Source of the DNA: Waterburya sp.
GTDB taxonomy: Bacteria; Cyanobacteriota; Cyanobacteriia; Cyanobacteriales; Xenococcaceae
Direction: 5' to 3'
Assembly (NCBI GenBank): GCA_965217895.1
Contig: CBDCJV010000002.1
Coordinates: 2,496,001-2,560,000, forward strand
DNA length: 64,000 nucleotides
A program made the translations under genes and the position numbers. The notes beneath the pieces are model-generated. The model was not told the DNA's origin. It ran no database searches and saw only the letters and a list, made by a program, of their open reading frames with translations. Shown piece after piece: positions 51,190-59,690 of this stretch. Numbering within the stretch: the first letter of the stretch is position 1; every line of letters starts with the position of its first letter.

Positions 51190-52342
51190 AGAAGCCATTT
51201 GGGATCTTGGTAAAAGAGGTATAATCAGGTCAAAATGCCTTATTCAAGCAGTTTGACCGATAAAGAGGGGGAAATTGTTGAACCCCTATTGCCTAAGAAG
51301 AAAAGAACCAAGCCTCCAACATGGAGCAAAAGAGAAATCTTGGATGGGGTTTTGTATCAACTCAAGAACGGCTGTAACTGGTGTGATTTACCGAAAGATT
51401 TACCACCTTACTCAACAGTATTTTGGCATTACAAACAGTGGCGAGGACAAGGAGTAATCGAAGATATCAGGGATGTATTACATGGTCAAGTCCGTCAACA
51501 AATAAAAAAAAACCAAATGGACAACCTTAATCATAATCGATTCACAAGCGTTCACAAGTAGCAAGTAGCAAGTAGCAAGTAGCAATTTTACCTCTCGTTA
51601 AAACAAGAGGATTGAAACAAAGAAATGTGTTTTATTTTTTTTCGTCTTTAAAGAGCGCAACGCGCAAGCGTTGCCAGTCGTCTTCAACGACGATCTGAGC
51701 CTTTCAGGCTCTGCGCTTTAGACCAACTTCGGAGTTACTTAATTGCTATCTGTTATCTGCGCGAACTCCACGCGGCTGCTACTTAACTCCGAAGGAGTTG
51801 GTAAAAAATACTTGTAACGCCAGTGTAGAGTCTAAGGGGTTTTGTTTTTACAAATCTACGAACGGAATTAAGAGGCATTTAGCGGTAGATACTTGGGGTT
51901 TTCCTTTCTTGACTCACTGCACCAAAGCTTCAGTGTCAGATGATCTGGGTTTAATTGAAATGTTGTCAGATAACATTGATTACTTCAAATCGAAGCCTGT
52001 CAACATTCCTAGGATAACCATTCTACTTGACAATGGATACCACCCAGAAAAATTAATCCAGGAGTTGACCAAAATTTAGCCTCAGATCATGACCAAGAGC
52101 AAATTTTTGCTCTCGCCCAAACCGTCGAAAGCACAAAAGAAAAAGGAAGGAAAAACAGGATTTGTACCAGTTAAAGCTAGGTGGGTTATAGAAAGAACCA
52201 ATTCCTGGATGCAAAGGTGCAAAAGTTTAGTCAAGAATTTTGAAAGAACTCTTGAGAATGCCACCACCGAGATTAACCTTTGTTTTGTCAGACTGATGCT
52301 CAAAAGATTAGCTGCTGGTTAGATAGATCCCAAATAGGTTCT
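51190..52342 (+). mobile_element. IS5-family insertion sequence, inactivated
   Basis: TIRs TAGAAGCCATTTGGGATCT / AGATCCCAAATAGGTTCTA (17/19); transposase pieces MPYSSSLTD...WCDLPKDLPPYSTV, IIDSQA|VKNT, RWVIERTNSW; 250-bp insertion and premature TAG at 52077-52079. Confidence 0.92.
51551..51800. mobile_element. 250-bp non-autonomous element inserted into the IS5 transposase
   Basis: Lies exactly between codons GCG (Ala of DSQA) and GTA (Val of VKNT); same termini as 7167-7468. Confidence 0.85.
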
Positions 52343-52387
52343 ATAATAAATTGATAATTATTGCTTCCCGTGTTGGTAGACAATACT

Positions 52388-52609
52388 CCAGCTGGATGCA
52401 AGAAGGCTCAGAAGCGATATGCCAAGGAGTATCGCAAAAATGTCAACCGTTGGAGTTACGCTCGTTTGTGTGATGCAATTAAATCAAAAGCTGCTCAGAA
52501 AAATCTTGCTATAGAATGCGATCTCCAAATTTCTAATGGAACACCAGAAATACAAGCCAGAGATTTAGCTTTAACTGCTTACAACAATCGTCACAAAGCA
52601 ACAGGCTAG
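52388..52609 (+). pseudogene. cas12k: Cas12k (type V-K effector) C-terminal remnant
   Basis: GCKKAQKRYAKEYRKNVNRWSYARLCDAIKSKAAQKNLAIE...GTPEIQARDLALTAYNNR matches the Cas12k C-terminal pattern (QKxYAKxYRxxxHxWSYxRL...A..AY.SR); followed by tracrRNA and repeats. Confidence 0.88.
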
Positions 52610-52667
52610 AGCAAAGCTTTTAAACATTTATTATAGTTTTTTTGTACCTAGACAATTTATTATTAAA

Positions 52668-52766
52668 GTAATGTGCGCCGTATATTCCAATCTGGAATTA
52701 CGATAAGTGTGGGGTTGTTTGGCTGTTTAGAAAACAGTCTTACTTTCTGACCTCTGTAGCTACTAG
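52668..52766 (+). ncRNA. Type V-K tracrRNA, 5' portion (3' part apparently deleted)
   Basis: GCGCCG...GGGTTGTTTGGCTGT...ACAGTCTTACTTTCTGACCTCTGTAGCT parallels the ShCAST tracrRNA (GCGCCG...GGGTTAGTTTGACTGT...ACAGTCTTGCTTTCTGACCCTGGTAGCT, recalled from memory). Confidence 0.8.
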
Positions 52767-52852
52767 CTCACAGTGCTTGACTCAGTTAAGCAAAGCATTT
52801 CATTCTTGATGAATAAATTTGTGGAGAATAGATAAAGGTTTATATGGGCGGT

Positions 52853-52960
52853 GTTGCTTCGACTCTGCCGATGTAGAAGATGTTAAAAGTCAATGACAAT
52901 AAACATTCTTAACAACTAAACTGGTTGCTACGACTCTCCCAATGTGGGAGATGTTGAGAT
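52853..52960 (+). CRISPR. Degenerate V-K CRISPR mini-array: two 37-nt repeats and one 34-nt spacer
   Basis: R1 52853-52889 GTTGCTTCGACTCTGCCGATGTAGAAGATGTTAAAAG; R2 52924-52960 GTTGCTACGACTCTCCCAATGTGGGAGATGTTGAGAT (29/37 identical; R2 keeps a TCTCCCA/TGGGAGA stem); spacer 52890-52923. Confidence 0.82.
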
Positions 52961-52970
52961 TATTGGAAAA

Positions 52971-52995
52971 GTTGAAAGGAGCAAAGGACTGAAAA
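52971..52995 (+). CRISPR. Delocalized homing crRNA unit: truncated repeat GTTGAAAG plus 17-nt spacer against tRNA-Phe
   Basis: Spacer GAGCAAAGGACTGAAAA; AGGACTGAAAA(T) matches the tRNA-Phe fragment at 53276-53265 on the minus strand. Confidence 0.85.
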
Positions 52996-53014
52996 TTTAT
53001 AAACGCAGTCCTAT

Positions 53015-53182
53015 TTTTTGACATTAATATTAATTCTTTAAATCTGATTTTTTTAGCAAAAATATTTGCAATCTAATTATAGGAAAACACATTCATAGGC
53101 TCAAACATTTATAAAATCGTTCAAGCCATGCAGTTTTTTGACATTAATTATTTAAAACTGACAAATAATTCTTTAATGTACA
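53015..53182 (-). mobile_element. CAST transposon end (tRNA-proximal) with TnsB-binding repeats
   Basis: Terminal TGTACA at 53177-53182; TGACA(T/A)(T/A)AAT-type repeats starting at 53019, 53139 and 53159. Confidence 0.8.
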
Positions 53183-53230
53183 GGCACTTACAACCTTTGG
53201 AGGAAGCTAGATTCGCTTATATTCTTTAAG

Positions 53231-53277
53231 TGCCGGGAGGCAGACTTGAACTGCCGACACGAGGATTTTCAGTCCTC
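53231..53277 (-). tRNA. 3' 47 nt of tRNA-Phe(GAA): partial gene, probable att core of an integrated island
   Basis: Minus strand GAGGA-CTGAAAA-TCCTC anticodon arm, GGCAG-TTCAAGT-CTGCC T arm, TCCCGGCA acceptor strand; the D arm and 5' acceptor strand are absent. Confidence 0.9.
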
Positions 53278-53322
53278 AAACAAATCTCTTAGTATCAATA
53301 GTTCTAGAGTTTGTAAAATATA

Positions 53323-53344
53323 TTTACACCCAATTTACACCCAA
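53323..53344. repeat. Tandem TTTACACCCAA x2, candidate integrase arm-type sites
   Basis: Direct 11-bp repeat about 45 bp inside the tRNA att core. Confidence 0.55.
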
Positions 53345-53415
53345 AATTCATATTAAAATTAAAGAACTGTCTTATATTATGAATCCCTGACAATAGCTTC
53401 ATTCTTTAATTATTT

Positions 53416-54521
53416 GGGAGCATCCCATTTTGGCAAATAGACTAAGCAGCAATTTGTCCATTAAGATAAGCACAGCGTAATCGCAGCATTGAACTAACTG
53501 AATCTGGATTCCATTGTGAGCCTGAAATTTTTAGACGGCGATCGAGTTGCTTTATAGCTGATTCAACTGCTCGCCTCACCAATTGAAATATGATACTCAG
53601 TTTGTAGCAACTCGTAATTAACTAAACGATGACGGTGTTTTTCGATATAAGCTAAAAACTTTCGCGCCCGTCTAGGACATTCTTGCTCGAATAAAGCGAT
53701 CGCTTGCTCTACTTTTCCTGACCACAAAAATGTTTCTACTTGTCTCAGGCGTTTTAATGAACCACCAACTTTAAACAAATTTTCTTTCAGATGAAACCAA
53801 TCTAAAATTTCATATCGTTGTTGTGTCGTAGCAATTCGACTGAAAAGATTCCACACTCCTGAATGACCATCCCCCAAACAGATTAGAGGATTAGTTAATA
53901 CTTGAGAATCGATCCATGCAGTTAACTCTTCTTTTCCTCGGAATGTTGCCCCATAGTAGACTCCCGATAAACGTGCTGCTTGATAATCTCGCCATTCACA
54001 TTTTTCTCCTAGGGTTGGAGTTCTTAAGCTCACTTTGCCTCCATCATTGCACACCTCATTGATCGCTATTGGACTAGCGGGAAAATCTAAATGCTCTTTT
54101 TCTGTTTCTGTATAGACTTGTCTTTGTAATGTGCTATGCCCTACTTTCATTCCTGTCAGTAAAAACAAGTCTTGTTCTGCTTGAGAAAATGATTCATTGG
54201 CACTCAGACACAAGCAGCATTTTTGAAGCAAAGGACTAATACGGGTCCTTGCTTGTACACCTAGTTTTTCTAATTGTCGGTGACGTAGACGTAGTTTTCC
54301 TACGGAGCTTTTGATTATTCGCTCTTTCCCGATGTTTGTTTTGGTCTTTTGTTCGATAAAAAAAATGCCATCTCAGGTCCTACTGATTCCAAAAGATGTT
54401 CTCTAACTGCTTTTTCTATGTGCTCCAGGGTTTGACATTTATCTGGTGCAGTATTGCGATACAAAATTTTTGATAGTTCTTGGACACATTCTTGTACACG
54501 AGCTTTATCTGATGGGGTCAT
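53416..54521 (-). mobile_element. ISKra4-family element with split, frameshifted transposase
   Basis: ORFs 54315-54521 (ends at the AFFLS T-run) and 53563-54231 (DGGKV, LGDGHSGVW, EILDWFHLKENL); C-terminus ESAIKQLDRRLKISGSQW...RCAYLNG out of frame, stop at 53442; GGGAGCATCCC end at 53416. Confidence 0.82.
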
Positions 54522-54715
54522 TAGCTTTCTTCATCACTCAAGTCTTCTTTTAGTTTGCTCCCCATCCCTCCTATTTCTCTACTTCTTCTGTTTTTCTTCC
54601 AAATTGAGTTTTGTTTGTTGCCTACATTTTTGTCTACCAATTTTCTAGCACTTTTAGTCTTATCAAACGGAAAATTTCTCAATATTTAAATATATTAATC
54701 TGAAATTTATTTAAC

Positions 54716-57673
54716 TTAACCTTCTGCAAAATCCTGGGACTCAAACTTGAGTGTGTGACAATTTTCCCTAATTGTCCGAATTACATTTTCTGGAATGCCA
54801 CTTTCTACTTCAGCTTCAATTTCTAAAGTGACTTTAACTTTCGCCCCAACTAAACTAATTAGATGCTGCAAAATTTCATCAGCTATTTGCGAAGCATCTC
54901 TATTGATTCGTTCCGAATCCAATTCTACAGAGCCATAGAATCGCTTTTTGGGTTGTTGAGGTTCAATTATAGTAACTATAGAGGAATTAGCTGTCATCTC
55001 TGTAGAATTGATAGATAGAGAAACGGAATCTGTTATGTAACTACTAGTGGTAGTTTTAACTGTTTTTTCGTTCTTATTGTTGCCCGAAGATGTATATTCT
55101 AATTTTTGTTTTTCTTCTTTTTCTATTTTAAATTGAGCTGACGCTACTTCTGGTTTAACTAAAAAATCAGAACTGCTGAAATTGGGAACAATTGGCTGAC
55201 CTGCTGTCAACCTTAAATATCTTCCTGTGGCTTCATCAAAACCACTGGCATAAGCAAAATTTTCTTGCCAAGAACATAAATCTTTTCCCACTCCATTTGC
55301 GATCGCATCTAATAAAACCTGTTCGTTTTTGAGTCGTGTAGGAAAATTAGTAAATTTTTACAATAACGGGGTGCAGAACTTTTGCTATCTAATATTTGTT
55401 TGGCTTGCGTTAACGCATTACTACTATCAGCTTTGCTACTGTGGTTCAGGTTTGGATGAAGTAGCACCAATCTTACTCCCATTGTTAATTCATCAGGCAC
55501 ATCAGAAGAGGAACTGGGTGCAATATGAACTCCCGCAAAATCGCCCTTTTCTTTGTCTTGCTTGAGTCTTCTAATAATTTCATCCCAGGTTCGATCTTCT
55601 CTAATTTGGGTAGCGCGGTCAACAGCAGTACGGGTAACGTTTGGCTGAGTATCAATCCAATAGCGATCGCTAGAATCGACATAAAGATAAGTCGCTTGGT
55701 TAGTCAGTCGGCGCAGGGCATCGCCAAAGGTTGCTACATTTTCTCCTGGTTGGGTACAGCCTAATTTGATTCGGCGAATGTCTAAGCCTTTGTTAGCAGC
55801 TTTTTGTAGTGGTGCTGAACCCATATAGATAGTTCGTGTTACCCGACGACAAGCAGAATAACGTCCTAAATTAGAATGTTGACGGTCGAGATCGACGGGA
55901 AGAGAGTTTGTGCCATCTACATCTTTATCGATAATCGGTCGCCATTGATCGTCTAGATAACGAGTCAATTCTGACTGTACCTGAGAATCAGCCATTGGTA
56001 TATTGGCAGGAAGAATCATCAGATTTTTATCGTTCTCTTGCCAGAGATAACTAATGACCTTTGCCATCAAGCGCAATACTCCACGAGTGCGTTGGAATTT
56101 GTCTAAACTAGACCAATCTTCGTATAAACGTTCAAACAGTTCGGGATGAATCGGATAAGCATCTGTAATTCTTCTTTCGTAATCTTTTTCACGACATTCT
56201 GCGGGGAATTCTGTCTTTTGAGCGCGATACATCTGACTAAATGCTCGAATTACAGTATCACGGGCAGTAAATAAACTAGGATCGATAATATCTTTAAACA
56301 GACGACGACGGACAATATGAAAGCTTTCTTCGGCAGAGGCAGGCTGCCAAGGAGATTCTACCCGACCAATAGCATTTTTGAGACGATTCAAAGCCTCAAA
56401 ACCTTTTTCACCACCAATCTCAATATCTGAAGCAGGAATACTAACTACCAGTAATGTATTATCAGCATTTTTAGCTGATTCACTTAGGGTTTGAGCAAAG
56501 GTAAAGTGGGTATCAAAATCTCCAGCGGGAAGATCTTTCTTATAATGCAGTTGACGAGCATAGGCTACCCATTCATCAATGAGGATTAGACAAGGTGAAT
56601 ATCGGTTGAATAGGTCTTTAAGCTTATCACCAGGATTGGTAGAGTTTTCATCTGCTTCTCGTAGCATTTCATAGCCTTCTTTGCCCCCAAGTTGCCAAGC
56701 AATTTCTCCCCAAAGAGTTTTAACTACTGTGCCATCTTTTTTGCGATCGGGAGTTCCAGGATCGATTTTATTTCCTACCAGAACAGCAGTATTAACGTTT
56801 TTAGGTGGATTATCAATTCCAGTTTGGGTAAAAATAGCTTCACATCCGGGTAAATCTTTAGCAGAAACACCAAAGCACAGATGGTACAGAGCTAACATAG
56901 CATGGGTTTTACCACCACCAAAGTTAGTTTGTAGTTCAATTACGGGGTCGCCCCCTTTGCCACTGAGACGAATTAAAGCGTTAGCGAGTAAATCTTTAAG
57001 TCCTTCAGTAAGATAGGTGCGGTGAAAGAACTCTGTAGGGTCGCGATATTCATCGGCGCAGTTTTTATCATCTAGGTACACTTGCCATAAATCGGCTGCG
57101 AATTCGGCTTGTTGAAAACGTCCAGAAGCTACATCGTCGTGAGGGGTTACTATTTCTCGCCAGGGTTTTAAAACCACCTTGAGGATCGCTTTCAATTGCC
57201 ACATTGGTTGCTTTGCGTTTTTCATGGCGGGCTTGTTCTTCAAAGCGCAGACGTAATAGTTCTTGTTTTTGTTTTTCTACTGTATCTGCTTGGGGTGCGG
57301 AGATGGAAGAGAGTAGTCTGGCTGTACTGTCTAAAGCACGGTAGGCATCATCTGTAGTGAAGTTATTGCCGTGCGCCCAATCATTGCGAACTGTTTTTAG
57401 TTCCCCCACCAGATTGCGTTCGGCGTTTCCCAGAGTTTTTTTGAAGACATTGTGCCATTCACCGAAAATAACGTTTATTAGATCGGTTACATCCTGTTGT
57501 AATCTTTCGGCGGTAGTTCGCTTGAGGTTACGGTCTTCATATAAATGGCTCAGGGCATGATTTTCCCAATGTTCGTTATAGGCAGAACGCATTTCTCTTT
57601 CTACGAAGGGATACAAGCCTTCTTTGAGGATATCTAATGCTCTGCCTACTCTTTCTTTGTTGGTAATAGCCAT
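54716..57673 (-). pseudogene. DUF499 AAA+ ATPase with N-terminal Swt1-like HEPN domain, in three pieces
   Basis: RNDWAH HEPN motif; PWREIVTPH, EFAADL, QTNFGGGKTH, LILIDEW, YPIHPEL, FQRTRGVLRLMA; frameshift near 57170 and out-of-frame junction near 55340. Confidence 0.87.
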
Positions 57674-57970
57674 GTGGGAACTCTGCTCGTGAAACGACCT
57701 CGCCTTATGCGAGATCGCAATAACCTTAGAGTTCCCGAATATTAAGCAAAAGTTAAACTACTAGGGGTAATTCTGTATTTTTGCTGATTATTCGCGCTTA
57801 AGCGTTGTCAATGTTAACTCTTACTTCAGCGATAGCCTTATCACTTTCCCAGGGACTTTTGCTCTTGAATAGTTTTATTAGTTTAGGATCGGGTTCAAAG
57901 TCTTCAATAGCAAAATATTGAAGATCGGTTTTTTTAAGAAGGAATATTTATCGCTCGCGATAATTACTAT

Positions 57971-58393
57971 TCATAATTGACTTGGGTTAGGATTCCAAAA
58001 TTCTATGTTTTTGAAAATACTAAAGTCTCTATAGTTAAGAGTCCAAATCGGACAACGGTAACGTAAAGCAGTAATTGCTACAGTTGCATCCTCTAAGCTA
58101 CCGCGCCACTGAGGTAAAGAAAAAACTAGAGCCTGTACTTCAAGATGCATAGAGTCATCCATGCTAATAAAATGCAAGCTTTCTTTCATAGTTTTGAGGG
58201 TATTTTGAGCGACTTGGGGAGTAGTTCTTTGTAATAGCCACTTGTATACTTCAAACACTATAGGTAATGGAGTCAATAGTATAGTTCTCGATTGACTTAA
58301 TTCAGTGAACCCCGAAACACACAAACTATGATGTGTGTCTTTAGCGTAAAATAGAGCAATTAGAGGGGCTGCATCGATAACGATTTGTTTCAA
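57971..58393 (-). CDS. PIN-domain (VapC-like) toxin
   Basis: IVIDAAPLIAL, FEV, SLEDA and WTLNYRDF PIN acidic motifs. Confidence 0.85.
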   Translation of the reverse strand: MKQIVIDAAPLIALFYAKDTHHSLCVSGFTELSQSRTILLTPLPIVFEVYKWLLQRTTPQVAQNTLKTMKESLHFISMDDSMHLEVQALVFSLPQWRGSLEDATVAITALRYRCPIWTLNYRDFSIFKNIEFWNPNPSQL

Positions 58394-58602
58394 ATTTCAC
58401 GATCCTCTGGGTGTTCGTCGGCGTTATAAGGAGCTTCGGTAACAATTCCTGCTAGGGTTAATAGTTTAGAAGTATCTCTAAAAATTAATTTAGTTTCTAA
58501 AGCTTCTTTTACGAGACTAAAAAAAGTTTCCTCTGGATGTTCTTGTAAATAAGTATCTAGGCTTTGAGCTAATTCTTCTGGTAAATCGATAACGCGCTTC
58601 AT
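58390..58602 (-). CDS. Putative antitoxin (ribbon-helix-helix-like)
   Basis: 70 aa, MKRVIDLPEELAQSLDTY; 4-nt overlap with the PIN gene. Confidence 0.7.
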   Translation of the reverse strand: MKRVIDLPEELAQSLDTYLQEHPEETFFSLVKEALETKLIFRDTSKLLTLAGIVTEAPYNADEHPEDREI

Positions 58603-58615
58603 GATTTGATTTTTT

Positions 58616-58744
58616 TTAGATTTCTAATTCTCCTTGTACCATTTTTTCTGACTGTTGTTCCATTGCAGCTAAACGAGATATTTCTGACCAGGAAGTAACC
58701 AGACTATTATAAGAAATTGCCTCCTGTGTCCAGCCCTGGCGATC
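58616..58744 (-). repeat. 129-bp diverged duplicate of the DUF1156 gene 3' end (59691-59819)
   Basis: Encodes DRQGWTQEAISYNSLVTSWSEISRLAAMEQQSEKMVQGELEI-stop versus DRQGWTQDAISYNSLVTSWSEISRLAAMEQQLETFVQVELEV-stop. Confidence 0.92.
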
Positions 58745-58814
58745 AATTTTCTCAAAGTGTCCAAAAGGATTAGCTTCGCGTCCGATCGCACTATCTTCAA
58801 ATTTTGCAGATTAA

Positions 58815-59348
58815 TCAACAAACTAAAGCACGAGCTTTTTCTTTCAAATTGTGATCGTAGTTTAGATTCTGATTTTGCTTTTCTAAATTAAACTGCATCG
58901 CAAATTCTGCTACTTCTAGTAAGGCGGTATCTATGTTTTTCCCTCTTTTTTGATACCATTTGAGTACTTCTGCTAAGTGCCAATTTAATGATTTACCATC
59001 GCTATTAATCGGAAATGGAAAAGTGTCTATGTGACTATTTTTTAGCTTGAGGATGTTCTGTCTACGACAGTTCATAATAGTTGCGATCTCTGGAATACCT
59101 ACAACGTCTGGAGAGATGTAGTAAAGTTCGGAATCAGGTACAACACTTTTTACATTTTCAATTGCACTATAAATAGCCTCAATCGCACTATCAGAGCTAC
59201 GAATAAAATCTAATCCTATATATCCTCTCTGACCTATACCCAGTAAAGCATCATCGCATCCTGCTTCAAACAATCTATCTTCGTAGATGCTTGGATCTGC
59301 TTTGTGGTCGGCTAATTTAAAATGCAATGCAAAATCATATTCGTTCAT
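58815..59348 (-). CDS. Putative antitoxin / DNA-binding protein (HicB-like N-terminus plus AlpA-like HTH)
   Basis: LFEAGCDDALLG...LDFIR...AIYSAI then DVVGIPEIATIMNCRRQNI...FPFP...WHLAEVLKW. Confidence 0.65.
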   Translation of the reverse strand: MNEYDFALHFKLADHKADPSIYEDRLFEAGCDDALLGIGQRGYIGLDFIRSSDSAIEAIYSAIENVKSVVPDSELYYISPDVVGIPEIATIMNCRRQNILKLKNSHIDTFPFPINSDGKSLNWHLAEVLKWYQKRGKNIDTALLEVAEFAMQFNLEKQNQNLNYDHNLKEKARALVC

Positions 59349-59360
59349 AGTATTAAAATT

Positions 59361-59621
59361 CTATCGCTCAGTATCTTTATTTATGCAGCGGTCTACAACA
59401 CGCCGTATTGCTCTGGCATGATTCTGGGGTTTTCTCGGCGTAGACCAAACACTTTCAAGACAAAATTTTCCACATCTACACTCAGGATCGTTATAAGGAC
59501 ATTTCAGCCTAGCCCAAGCGTGTGAACTCGAACCAGCTTCTACAACTTCCCATCCATTTTCGACGGCGTATTTTACAGCATCATTAATATCTTTATTAGG
59601 ATGTTTTTTCACGTTATACAA
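59361..59621 (-). CDS. Small Cys-rich HicA-like putative toxin
   Basis: HPNKDINDAVKYAVENGW...SHAW...CP...CRC...C..SVWSTP; basic, immediately upstream of the HTH gene. Confidence 0.55.
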   Translation of the reverse strand: MYNVKKHPNKDINDAVKYAVENGWEVVEAGSSSHAWARLKCPYNDPECRCGKFCLESVWSTPRKPQNHARAIRRVVDRCINKDTER

Positions 59622-59640
59622 TTCAAATTATAATTTAAAA

Positions 59641-59656
59641 GTTGTCCAATGACAAC
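59641..59656. promoter_or_regulatory. Palindromic operator candidate GTTGTC-CAAT-GACAAC
   Basis: Perfect 6-bp inverted repeat about 20 bp upstream of the two-gene cassette. Confidence 0.5.
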
Positions 59657-59690
59657 CATAACAAAAAATACGCTGCATGATTTTAGCCTG

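Noticed and set aside
53231..53277. Functional tRNA-Phe gene or intron-split tRNA
   Set aside because: The 5' half is absent, and the break is at the start of the anticodon stem rather than in the loop where tRNA introns lie
57800..57960. Possible gene remnant between the PIN gene and DUF499
   Set aside because: Short reading with stops; I could not assign it, and no third methylase-end copy is visible
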